DNA from: Haliotis cracherodii
Lineage: Eukaryota
DNA length: 64,000 bases
Assembly (NCBI RefSeq): GCF_022045235.1
Contig: NW_027266297.1
Location: 39,990,001 to 40,054,000 of the forward strand
Direction of reading: 5' to 3'
Each line of letters begins with the position of its first letter. Position 1 is the first letter of the stretch. The translations under genes and the position numbers were made by a program. Shown in pieces: positions 23,025 through 35,410 of the stretch. The notes below the pieces were generated by a model that searched no databases, had not been told where the DNA came from, and saw nothing but the letters and a program-made list of their open reading frames with translations.

Positions 23025-25460
23025 GTCTGCTTTTTCGTTGCCAAAAATACCTTCATGGGCAGGGATCCAAAGAAATTGTATGTTTTTCCCGATTTAGTTA
23101 GGTCGCTTGTCCTTTTAAGTAGTTTGTTGATTAATTTTGGGCGGTTTTTAATGTTTTTATTTTGGAGTGCCTGGAGGCCACTGGGGGAGTCTGTTAGGAT
23201 GAGGATGTTTTGATGGTTTTTAGTTTGTTGGCCATGGAGGGCTGTGGCCATGCCCATAAGTTCGGCTGTAAATATGGATTGGTTGTTTGGGAGTCAGTAT
23301 GATTTGGTTTGTTTGTTCGGTTGTGAGGCGTGTACTCCGAAACCTGTGTGTTTGGACATCGGAGCTGAAATTCCGTCTGTGTAGATGTGGTACCAATTTG
23401 GCCAAGTCTCGTCTATGTATGCGAGTGGGGTGGTTTTGGCTATGTTGGGATCTGTTTGCGTGTTTAGTATCTTGGATAGTGATGTATCTATCTTTGGTAT
23501 TTGGAGTTTAGGGGTGAAGGCGTTTGAGGGTTTGGTGTTTTGTTTATGATTATTGAGTTTGTGCTCTTTTAGATAATGAGTAATTCTTTGTGAGATTGGG
23601 GTGAGGAGGGGGTATTTTTTTCTAATGCTTGGCTTTTAGGGCTGATGTTGCTTTTTAGGGTGTTTTCGATTGGAGGGTTTTATTGGGATGCTGCCCAGAA
23701 GTTTAGGGTAAGTTGCTCCCTACGTAATTCAAGTGGGGTTTCTCCTGTTAGAGTCTGGAGTGATGTGAGAGAGATACCTTGTTGAGTTCGGGTGATGATG
23801 AGTTTAAGGGCCTGATATTGGATGGAGTTTAGTTATTTAATAAGTGAACTGTTTGGGGTGTTGTAAATGGCGCAGCCGTAGTCTTTTTTTGATCGAATTA
23901 GCGATATATATAGTGATAGCAGAGTTGGTTTAGCGGCTCCCCAGTTGGAGCCCGTGAGACATCTCAGAGTATTTAGGTGTTTACTGCACTTAGTTACGAG
24001 TTCTTTGATGTGAGCATCCCAGGTGAGATGCCCATCAAAGATTAATCCTAGGAATTTGATTTGCTTTTGAAATTTGATTGGGTTGTTGTTTAGGTGGAGT
24101 TAAGGGAAGGCAGGTTTCATATTTTTATGTTTAAAAGTTTTTTTCCGGGTTTAGAGGGAAGCCCCATTTGTCAGACCATAGTTGGACTTTATTTAGGGAT
24201 TTTGTAGTAAGTCTTGGGTGATTTTTATACTTTTGGTGCGGGTCGAAAGGGCTCCGTCATCCGCGAATTTAGATGTGTTAACTTTGGGGGATAGGCCCTC
24301 GAATTGATCATTTGTCATTATATTGAAGAGTGTGGGGCTGAGGATACTGCCCTGGGGAGTGCCATTTTCTAGGGGACATTGGTCCGATAGCGTTTGGTCT
24401 ATATACCCACGGTTATTTTACGATTGGTTAGGAAGCCCTGGATGTAATTAATTATTTGACCTTTGAGTCCTATTTTTTGTAATTTTTGTATTAGCCCGTT
24501 GTGCCATACCATGTCGAATGCTTTGGAGAAGTCTAAAAAGATGCCTGTTGTATATTGTTTGTTGAGTCGGCCTGTTTTATTGTCCTGCTCAAATCGGGCG
24601 AGGTTATCTAAGGTTGAGCGGCCAGGAGTGATCTGGGTTTATTATGCCATTTTGAGTTAGGTAATGGAATTTTGGTTCCTGATTTTGTTTTGGGATTTGT
24701 ACGTTTGTATCTCCTATAGTGATATTAGTGGGGAAGTGATCACTACATAGTGGGACATCGTGTACTTCCCATTGAGTACTTTGAGCTATTTTTTTTTTTT
24801 ACATTTTTTGGTTTATTTTATCGTATCTCGTGGGTTCGTTGTTATTTAGAAGTACTAAGTCGTTTTTTTTCTATCCATTCGGAAATTAGTTTGCCATGAT
24901 TGTCTATTTTGACATCTATGCTCCAGGTAGGGTGGTGGACTTTGAAGTCTCCTAGAAATATCGTGGATTTGTTGCTTATTTGGAGTAGCTTATTTAGATC
25001 CTCAGGTTCGACTTTTTGTCCTACCCAGTGGTATATATTTATGATGTTTATCTTTTTCTTGTTTATTGTGATTTGAATGCAGTTAGCTTCTAGGTTTGGC
25101 GTGTTAATCTTGATTTCATCGTAATTTATATATTCCCTGATATATATTATTAGGCTTCCTGTGGCCCTACCTGTTTTGGTTTGGGCTCGGTCTGTTCTGA
25201 GTTGAAGTGTGGTAGTGTGAATTTGGATTTTTTGGAGAATTTAGTTTCCTGGATGCAAGCAATATGTGGGCCTTTATCTTGCTTAAATTTAGTTTTTAGT
25301 TCATGGCCGTGGGAGGTTAGTCCGTTGGTGTTCCACTGAAAAATATTTAGACCTTCCATTATTGAGGGCTTTGTGGTTGGTGGTTTAGTTTTAGGTTTTG
25401 GGGTTTAGTTTGTTGGGGTTGCTCTTAGGCTAAGGCTGAAGGCTTCGTATGTGTGTGTGG
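23025..25460 (-). mobile_element. Decayed I-group LINE ORF2 (APE-RT-RNase H), truncated at both ends
   Basis: IFQWNTNGL..CIQET; GTPQGSILSPTLF and FADD; RNase H IYTDG, SIFTAEL, ILTDS, FLWIPAHEGIFGNEKAD; internal deletions and frameshifts. Confidence 0.88.
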
Positions 25461-25872
25461 TTAGTAACCGTCTGAGGGACCGTCCATTTTATATTCTGGG
25501 GAGGTGTCTCTCGGGTATGCAGAAGAGATGACGTGACTGGATGAGTTTTCTTTAAATTTTCAGAACTTGCAGTTCTATATTTGAAAAAGGCTGGATCCCT
25601 GGGTCACTTGTAAATTAAATTTCATAGTGGTGTCATTAATCTGATGGTTGAAATTCTCCGTGACGTGACTTAGCTATACCAGGATCCGCTTATCAAGGGT
25701 TCGAATCGGAGATTAGCCCCAATTAACACCCGTTCCGTCAGCATTACACCGTGGGATTCAAGGTCATTTTTGAGACACACGTCTGCAACATGCTATTAAA
25801 ACTATTCGACTGTATATCGTGAAAATGACATATATGGCTTCAGCGATTGCTGGGAAGGATAAGTTTACTAAC

Positions 25873-25873
<1 letters not shown>

Positions 25874-25950
<77 letters not shown>
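25874..25950. repeat. (TA)n microsatellite
   Basis: Uninterrupted TA run. Confidence 0.97.
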
Positions 25951-25953
<3 letters not shown>

Positions 25954-26301
25954 AAGCACAGTAAAGTTCTAACTCTCAGGCACAATATAGTAATATAGTT
26001 CAATCTTACTCCACTTATTCAATTATATATATATGTCTTATATAACCCTCATCCTGTTTTAGCATATTACAAAGATTTTCCTTTTGCACTGTACATTTTT
26101 TGTCTGTAATTTTCAGAATTTCCCAAATATAATTTATGCCTGTTTTTTTAAGGTTCGGGAAAAAATACCTACTTCCGAATTTATGCAGCGTGTACATATC
26201 ACAACCACCCATCAAATGGACGCTGTATTAAATTACATTCAGGTTAATCGATTCTTCCAATACCATTAGAAAATCACCATAATACTTCAGGATATGTCAG
26301 G

Positions 26302-26535
26302 GAGGGGTGGACCAGTCGTCTAAGGAACCGCAATTCGCTGTGGAGAATTGCACGCCTGGAACCTATGGTCGTACGTGGGTTCGAATCCCGGTTTGCCCAG
26401 ATTATGTTTCTAGGTTTGTTAGCACCATACCCTTGCCACTGGGTTTCACCGAAGCGGTAAACGTCTGCATCACTTCGGGCTTCCCTCCCACCCTGAGCTG
26501 ACAGTCTATGATATAACGGGAACGCTTTTCAAAGC
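26302..26535 (+). mobile_element. SINE family 2 (diverged)
   Basis: GTGGACCAGTCGTCTAAGG...GGTTCGAATCCCGG...GGGTTTCACCGAAG..CATCACTTCGGGC. Confidence 0.75.
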
Positions 26536-26695
26536 AGCGGTCTGTAAATAATCGAGTCTGGACCAGACAATTCAGTGATTAATATCATGAGCATCGATCC
26601 ACGCAATTGGGATCGATTGGCATCAACCAAGTCAGCGAGTCTGACCACCCGATCCCGTTAGTCGCCTCTTACGACAAGCATAGTCGCCTTTTACG
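26536..26695 (-). mobile_element. SINE family 4 fragment
   Basis: Reverse complement of CGTAAAAGGCGACTATGCTTGTCGTAAGAGGCGACTAACGGGATCGG... Confidence 0.8.
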
Positions 26696-28004
26696 GAATG
26701 CATCACTACATGAAAAAAAAATTAATAACAGTGGTTATGTATGGTGGATCTGTTCTGCATCCATACACGCGTGGGTAGCAAAATGCAGGAACTGTTGTTA
26801 AGGAGACAATATTGGTAATGCGAATATTGATTTTATTCCCTAAATAGTATTAAACTAACATTTAGAGTTGCAAGGTAGGCTGTTATGAAAGAACAAAATG
26901 ATACGAACGATCCTAATTTAATCAGGAAATTTTGCACAAACGTCGAGACAGTTGTGAAGTGAATTGGAGAGTGGAGTGAGTGATGTAAGATGTGACTTAT
27001 TTCATGCATAGCGTACTCCAACCTTTTTGAAATTCGGAGACACTGCAGCCTTGTGTGTGGAGATTGGGTAGTTCTGCACTCATGCCTCACTGCTGAAGTG
27101 TACATTTGTAAGCAATGACTGTTAAACACGAGGGTACACGAATCGGATGTGCAACCGTGAAAGCAATACGGATGAAATGTAAACGCAATATAGATGTGCA
27201 ACGCAGGGAAAGTCGAATGCAAACAGAAACAGTGTAACAACATGTACAATATCTACAGTATCAACTAATTATATGTCAATGTGATCACTCACAAAACAGA
27301 AACGATACATCAAATGGATTTGTAAAAATCAACATAGAATTAATTCGTTTTTCTATTTGATCTTCAAAGCCTATCTAGAATATCCCAGCTATATGGTGGA
27401 TCAGAGATTGATTGAATCATTTCAACTGACACACTATTGTTTTCATTCGTTGACAACCAGTTTCTAACAACATCCTTTATGCAAGGCTAGTACTGCTCCT
27501 CTCGTGAAGACAAAATTGTTTTGAGATGATGAATTGTTGACAATCCGAGCTTGTAAATGTGAATATGTGTATTGTGAAAATAATAGCCACAAAACGCTTT
27601 TAATATGCATTGATTCCGACTATAACATAAGAATACATTTATGAATCAATAACTAAACTACCAGGTGTTGATCCTAGTGATATTATGTAGCGACACAAAT
27701 GTCATTGTACATCATTGTGTTCATACGTGTACATAATCATAAATATAAGATAGCCACGCGTTAAAACGCAAACAGCAACGAAGAACATATCATTGCTTTA
27801 TCATGACGTCATTTCGGGAGATTCGAACATACGGTCGCAACTTGATGACGTCGTATATATGACGACGTTATTTTTTAGTGGGAAGTGTCAAGTGAGTTGT
27901 TCCCCTCCGATGTAACAAGGTAACGCAGGTGAACGCAGTGGCCGAACGATTGCATCCAATAGTAAGATAGATACGACAGTCGGTAATGATAGAAAAGGTA
28001 CAGA

Positions 28005-28184
28005 TAATCATACCAAAGACGTAAAAGACGTTGTACTTGTTGTTACGCTATTTGGCGCTCGTAATTAACCGGCTAAAACAAGGACTGGTCGGCTCAGAGT
28101 CAGTATACTGTGGCTGAGTGGGGGATTCGGAGTGGTATCTCAGTGTACTGGCACCATGAATCAGCATTAGTCCGGACTAGTACA

Positions 28185-28254
<70 letters not shown>

Positions 28255-28305
28255 CTCTCTCACACATTCTCTCACTCACACACACAAACTCACTCACACA
28301 CACAC
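28005..28305 (+). mobile_element. SINE family 3 fragment with expanded (CA)n tail
   Basis: CATACCAAAGACG..AAACAAGGACTGGTCGGCTCAGAGTCAGTATACTG..CCGGACTAGTACAAGCA followed by (CA)n at 28187-28250. Confidence 0.8.
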
Positions 28306-30344
28306 TCTCCATACCGATCCATACCGATCATGGCAAAGAATTGTTGCCCTGGCATCCCGCTCGCCACTACATCGCTAACAACATTTTCCGCCATCTGTTC
28401 ATCTTAGAGAAAACCTTGTTTCCATTGGTGCACAACCCGTCCCTGGTGTTGTCTAGTCCACCTAAATATACATGTATATATGGTAAATTGTTAGGTTCAC
28501 ACCCTTCACAGGACGCCTTGTATTCAGGCGGGCTGCATAGAGCCGCTTCTATGGTAGATTTTGACAGTTGCTATTGAACGGATATCTCTATTGATAACAG
28601 GAGCAGATTTTATTCTATTGCGGAGTGCAATCAATGTAATGGGACGAGACGACCTTGTACCAGGTGTCATTGCAATCCCATCAATTTGCCGGTACTTGTC
28701 CCGCAGGCGCGAAATTTCTTATTTTGATTTTACACACGGGTAATGTACACCTTTGCTTGCCGTAAAAGGCGACTGTGCTTGTCAAAAGAGGCGACTAACG
28801 TGATTTGGTGGTCAGGCCCACTTGGTTGATGCATGTCATCGTATCCCAATTGCAATATCCCAATATTTACAGCTGGAATAGTGCCGAGTGTAGCGTTAAA
28901 CAACAAACAACGATCAAACAGTTGCTTACAACACCTGTTGTGCATGACTTATAACACACGTTCAGAAGACGCTGTCTGTATTTTCTGGCCATCAAGAATG
29001 CAAGAATATTGCAACTATTTAATATCATGAAACACATTTATTACAAAACAAAGCAAGTAACTACATATATTTTGATACAATGTTACGTACATTACAGGCA
29101 CCATGACATTGTATAGATTTCGATTTACCATGTACACCGTTCGTACTTTTGTTTGAAATATTCAAAATTTCCTTTTAAAACGTTATGTTCAGTTCTGTAA
29201 CCCAATCTAAGTATCACATACCAATGTCAGTCGGAGAACCTATTATATTACAATGCCATTTGAAAAATATATTGCAGCATACGCCATTTGAATTCATTAC
29301 ACGCGTCATTAAATAGATGGTCAGTTGGTCTGCCTGCATACGCAAGTGGCTGCGTAATATATGATATTGTTGAGGAGACAATTTCAGAAATGGAATTAGT
29401 CTTTGTTGTGCTTTCAGTACAGGCAGTTGAGAAATATATACTGCCTGTAGTTTTCTGAAATGTAGATATCAAAGGATCTTCATAACGGTAAAGTAGAATA
29501 TTGGAAAGTTGAAGTCACTATCAAAGTAACGTACATTGTACAGGGGGCTGCATTGGGCAGAACTATGTGATGCTAGGTGAGAATCTAATTTCATGTAAAG
29601 CTTACTCCGACCCATTTCCTGTCACATGTTATCGATCCCAATTGCGTGGACCGATGTTCATGATATTATTCACTGGACTGTCTGGTCCAGACTTGATTAT
29701 TTACAGACCGCCGTCATATGGCTGGAATATTGCTGAGTGCGGCGTTAAACAACAAACCAACCAACCAACCAACCAATTTCCTGCCAGACGTTACAGAGAC
29801 AAGGTGCAGCCTTTTGTGTAGATACTGTACAGTACACTGTGGAAGTGTATATTTTAATAAATAAGTGTTAAACACGTGGATGAACAGCTCAGATTTGCAA
29901 CTTGGAAAGCAATGTGGATAAACCGTAAGAGGAAAATGGCTGCAAAAGTTATATAATAAAAAGTTGAATACAAACAGATAAATACAAACAGTTAAAATTA
30001 TTTCAATATTATTTCGAAGGATGGTGTGGATCTCCGGTAAGTCAAATTGTAGAATATATTTCGAGTCACATTTGCATCAAAGTGATCAGTCAAAATACAG
30101 AAGCAACGAATCAAATTGATTTGTGAGAGCAGCATACAATCTTTGTTTATTTGTAGTTAATGGCCGCAATCGCCAATATTCCACCAATCCGGGTACGATG
30201 ACACGACCCATCACGTTACCGGGGCTGAAAAGTCGGGATCTCCTTGGGGTTATAATTAATTCATGATATAGACTCACACTGAACTGAAGAGACATACGTG
30301 TCAATTCAAACATATGTGATGAACACACTCAATAATGTATTACA

Positions 30345-30624
30345 TACAACGGTTGATTGATAAGTTCTGATCCTCACACAGAAAGACTTGACCTAAAGAC
30401 ATTAAAATCAATAATTTTTCAAAATAATCCCCTTCCACATTGATACGCTTTTGTCGACAATGTTGGAGGGATTTTCTCCTCGTTTCGTAGAGGTCCTTCA
30501 CAGCTGCTACGATGTCACAGCGAAACAGTTTGCTCAGTTGACTCACCTCTTTGACTTCATGTAATGTCCGTAGCTAGAGATTGTCTTCTAAATGAAGCTC
30601 AGAACTTATCAATCAACCCTCGTA
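30345..30624 (-). mobile_element. Mariner-derived short element (unit B)
   Basis: TIRs as at 9694; ORF fragment KRINVEGDYFEK. Confidence 0.75.
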
Positions 30625-31535
30625 CAAGGAGACAACAACACGCATTTGGTCCAACTAAACCTTCACATACACTCCATTTACATGAAATACAAAGTACAGT
30701 CAATCAAAGTCAGCAAAGTTAATTTCTAACAAATTCATATGTAGTGTATATTCTACATTTACAGTTGATTAAAGTCTTATGACTCAGATTGCACAAACAC
30801 AGTATCAAGCATTTTAGACTCATAAGTTCCCATATATCCATCTTGGCGCAATATCACTGGTGGTACGAATGAACGGTTCTCAACAGGCAAACCACAGTGA
30901 CGTATTCTGCAAGAAATACAGTAAATATATCAACAACTGTAGACCTTTACCAGGTGCAAGCTGTGCCCCTATTTCTGTGCTTCGAGCCAGGTGATAGCAT
31001 TTAACAAACGTTTAGTCATTTGACACAGTGGGGACGAAGAAAACAACCCGTGAAGATCCGGGGTAGAATAGGTCTTCAGCAACCAGTGCTTGCCATAAAA
31101 GGCGACTATGCTTGTCGTAAGAGGCGACTGACTGGATCGGATGGTCAGGCTCGCTGTCTTGGTTTGATGCATGTCATCATAGATCGATGCCCATGATATC
31201 AGTCACTGGATTATCTGGTCCAGACTCGATTTTTTACACAAACCGCCGTCATGTAGCTGGAATAATGCTGAGTGCGGCGTTAAACAACAAACCAACAAAC
31301 CAAGCAACGAAGAAAACATCTTCTCTCATGTGGACACGAATTTGTTTACCCTTTCTACATACACTCATTTCAGATTCAATAACAATTTCAATTGACAATT
31401 AATAATGTACGATAACACTTCTACGTCGAAGTGAGTAAGTTCCGAATGGTTGACCGACAAAAATGCTGACTCTTACCATCTTATGTCAAATTACTTTAAA
31501 CAGTCACAAATGAAGTAGAATATGAAATCTTTAGG

Positions 31536-34500
31536 TTAGACGTACCATTGTAACAGCTTGAAGCCAAAGACCTGGACTTCACAAAACTGCAGAATATCAC
31601 GACTGTTAATCGTTTTGTGTCCACTAAGTCTCAGGTAACGGCCAGTCACGGGTGAAGTACACTGTATGGCAACTGTCTTGCCGTGCTCTGTGACGGTTCC
31701 AATGTACATGTAACACAGTTGTGGACTGACACTAGGGTAGACAAGAGGGTCGTCTTGATACACGTCCAGAGCAAAGTCGTGAAGTCGTTCAGCTGAAACA
31801 CCAATAGTATGTCAAATGAACACTAGAAGCTTATAGAATATGTTCCCACGATTATTTTCAGGGGCGGACCATTTGTTTTTACGTCAAAACAAGATCTTGC
31901 CTTGACCAGCACAATCACCACATCTAACACCAATAGAGTACTTGTGGATCACCTTGACCTTCGATTTAGCCCTTATAACAACGATCAGTTATCAAAGGCC
32001 CTCCCGAGACAAATGGCCTCGAATCCAACATCATCTGTCCGTCGTCGAGTTGGGGCGTTCATTGATGCCCGTGGTGGGCATGCACGATATTTAATGACAA
32101 TACAAATATCTTTCTTGACATCGGTCCTGTACTGTTGTTATCTTGTAATCGTTTTCAAGGGCATCAGGGTATTTCTCATCACAGGCAACATCTGTTTGAG
32201 TCGTAGCACAGCAGTACAAGTGGAGTCAATAACCTTGTCCAAGGATACAACACAGTGACCTACATGATATTGCCTCTTGGAATGAAAGATTTAAAATAAT
32301 CATTTATAAATAAGTGTTATAAGCATGCCGTCTCTCATATTCATGTCTTTACGTCAAAGATTATGGCTTTGCTCTCAAAAACGAGGGTCGAGACATTATA
32401 TTGACACTAAAAAACAAATTACAAGTTTCCTAAAGAAATCAAATGGTCCGACCCATAATATTTTATGGACATATGATTTGTTGTTGATTGAAGGGAGGTA
32501 ACTGTCTTTTGTTTTCTGTTCAACAGCAGCTGATGTATGGTTACAGGTGCATAACAAAAGATCACACATGATGTTACTGTATCTAACAATCCAAATAATA
32601 AACATGTTACAACTTCAGTAAAAGATTAATAGTTTTTTATGAATATATTCAAGTGTTATATGTAATGTGTTTTATGCGTCCAAAGAATTTTTTTAAACAA
32701 ATATATTATTTTTAAACTTAGGGGCGGACCATTTGTTTTACTTCACACTTTAAATTCAGCCTATAAAATGAAATCAATGTTAAATTGTTTGATAGGCATT
32801 ACTGAGAAGTTGACGGATGACAAGGTAGACACAATTTGATGGATAACAAAAAAATTAAAAAGCGACGTTTCCGTATAGATCCTTATACCGTTGTCAAGCA
32901 AGACTGAAAGAGGGACATGGGACAGAATATATATAGTAGGTGGGGGATTAACAGTACCAACAATTGCATACATGAGTGGGATTACATAGGTAGGTGTTGA
33001 CAACAAAGGGATAATACTGTCACAACACAATGGACAGACAAATAATAAACATGTTACAACTTCAATAAAAGGTGAATAGTTTATATGAATATATGTTAAT
33101 ACATAATGTGTTTTGGACATCAAAGGAAACTGAAACTAAAACAAATATCGTGTCAAATGAACTGTTTATCTCACGACAACAGTCTTCTCTACTGGTGACA
33201 CGGACTCCCACAACGACGTATCTGTCCAGAAGGTCAACCTGCCACCAGGGTGAGAAATCACCACTGTCAACAGCAAAACATGATCCAGATGACCATGTCG
33301 CTGTAACATCACCGTCTACTGCAACACTGGGATGGAACATGTCATGTCGCCACACTGAACTTGCATTTGCTGGCTTATCTTTCGCCAAATTTTGCAGAAT
33401 TTCCTCCCCTTAAAGAAAAGAAACGCAGTTCTCATAACATTGGCATGTAATAGTTGGTAACATCTTTAGGACCGACATGGTTATGTGACATATGTGGAAA
33501 ACAAAACATAAAACCATTAGGTTAATAAGTGTTGTAGTATCAAACAGAACTGAGATTATGTTGGCTTATTTGTAAGTAAAGAAACCAAACGAGATAACAT
33601 GGGGCAGATTTCTGCATTAAAGAGCGGTAACAGACTACGGGAAGCATGAAACGATATGACTTTAACACAATTACTGTTTAATAAAGACGTTGTGCGGTCA
33701 GTTACTGCATGCACGTTGCTTTGCCGGCGTGTCTATCATGTCTTTATGTGTCGGCGGATTTAGATTTTCACTAAAACTATTTTATGAATCATAACCCTAT
33801 TTTTCATATGATACAATGTACGATAATATGGTCTTAAGTGTCTAGTTTCAGCCGAAACAGATTACTGTTCTTATGTAATATGTACATACCGCACTGTGCG
33901 ATGCCATTTCTCTTAGTACTGCATCTCTGCGTGTATCCACACAGGATGTTATGACATGGACCAAGTGCTGTCTGTGGCATAGAATAAAATATGACAAGTA
34001 TAAGAATTATGCAGTCATATATGAAATTATGAAAATATGCATATGCTAGCTATAATGTCAAGTCATCTACATTTTCACACAAATATATTTCTGATATAGA
34101 TTTCCGAACCACAAAATGATTTTATCGCTATGATCAGATTCATCAATATACCTATTGGACCAGCATAAGTCTTTTTATTTAAAAAACACTCTTTAAACAA
34201 AGTGCTATTAATTTCTTTATACCGGTACATTTTGCAGGAAATCTATTTAAGTTACTCCCCAACAACTAAAACAGAAAAGCAGAACAAACTGACGACAATT
34301 CATCATTGGAAAACATCTGCTTGTTTACCACCAGTTGAGCTAATATCATACCACCACTTAGACACAACATCGTAAGGAAGAAGTAGTTCCAGTGTAATCT
34401 TACCTTGTTCCAACTCATAATTGAACTGTAAATGAAATCCTCTTTCCCCCCACCTTCCAGATATTTGAGGTCATCAAATACATTCAGCTGGCACGCTCTC

Positions 34501-34733
34501 CGCCCAAATCCAAAATTGAAGGACCTGCATATTCCATATGAAACACATTCAGCGGCACAGGAGAAAAGAGATGATTTCTCGATAATCTTAAACGTTGATC
34601 CCACTAGGTGTTTTCTATAATGAAGACCCGGCATACATGTATTTGTTACTGGTACCATACTCGAAAGTATCTGACAACAAATGTATATTATTTCCAATTG
34701 ACCAAAGTGATGAAAGGTTTTGTTGGTCATCAT
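31536..34733 (-). CDS. PAN/Apple + EGF-like + F-type lectin domain protein, copy B (~300 aa)
   Basis: Exons 34733-34404, 33971-33890, 33408-33175, 31792-31536; open frame, GT-AG introns. Confidence 0.88.
31880..32110 (+). mobile_element. Tc1-like transposase C-terminal relic in a copy-B-specific intronic insertion
   Basis: SSVRRRVGAFIDARGGHARY resembles the Tc1 C-terminus; insertion bounded by repeated GGGGCGGACCATTTGTTTT (31861 and 32721). Confidence 0.55.
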
Positions 34734-35284
34734 ATCAGCACGATGATAGCAATTGTCCAAACTAAAACGTGACTGAAGGAATCCACATGGAAGTAATACA
34801 CAGAATAACCAAAGTTTCGACACACTACACCAAGTTCGCTGAGTCTCTGAGGAATGCAGAACTGAGGTCGTGAACCGGAGGTTTTGTTCAGAGTTAAATG
34901 TGATGTTTGAATATATTTAAAATATAAATATTACATATCAATATTTCTTTGTGACAGGTTTATGACAACAGTGGTAAACATTGGGAGTATTCAAGATAAA
35001 GCAAGCGCCTGCTGTTGCCATGGTTATAGCTAAACAATACGATTCATGTTTTAAGATTCCTGCTATGGCAGAATTATTTGAACAGACCGATTGTTGTCCG
35101 GTCACATTAATTGTTAACTGGCTTCTCAATAGTTACTGTACAAGTAAATATGAACCTCAGTTTCATCACAAACATAACAACATCCAGAGGGTGATTGATT
35201 ACTGATTTGCACACTTGCGTATTGAAGAGCACACAATTTCTTAGCTTTCCATGTCTCTTTGTCTTTAACCCATCACGTCTTCAC

Positions 35285-35410
35285 CTGAAAAGCGCAGCAT
35301 AATATGTTCTCCTTATTGTCTGGCCTTTTGGAAGAAAGTCCACCACGATGGCACCCCAGAACAGTCTTTGCCTTCTTTGGTGGTGACATCAAATTCTTCC
35401 AATGTCCACA
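35285..35410 (-). mobile_element. Mariner transposase relic (also ~42895-43020)
   Basis: HWKNLMSPPKKAKTV..IVVDFLPKGQTIRRTYYAAL resembles the mariner catalytic domain. Confidence 0.6.

Noticed and set aside
34734-34823. Signal-peptide-like N-terminal extension MSKLWLFCVLL of copy B
   Set aside because: The ORF-track start is GTG, not ATG; no upstream exon could be supported, so the first ATG (34733) was used
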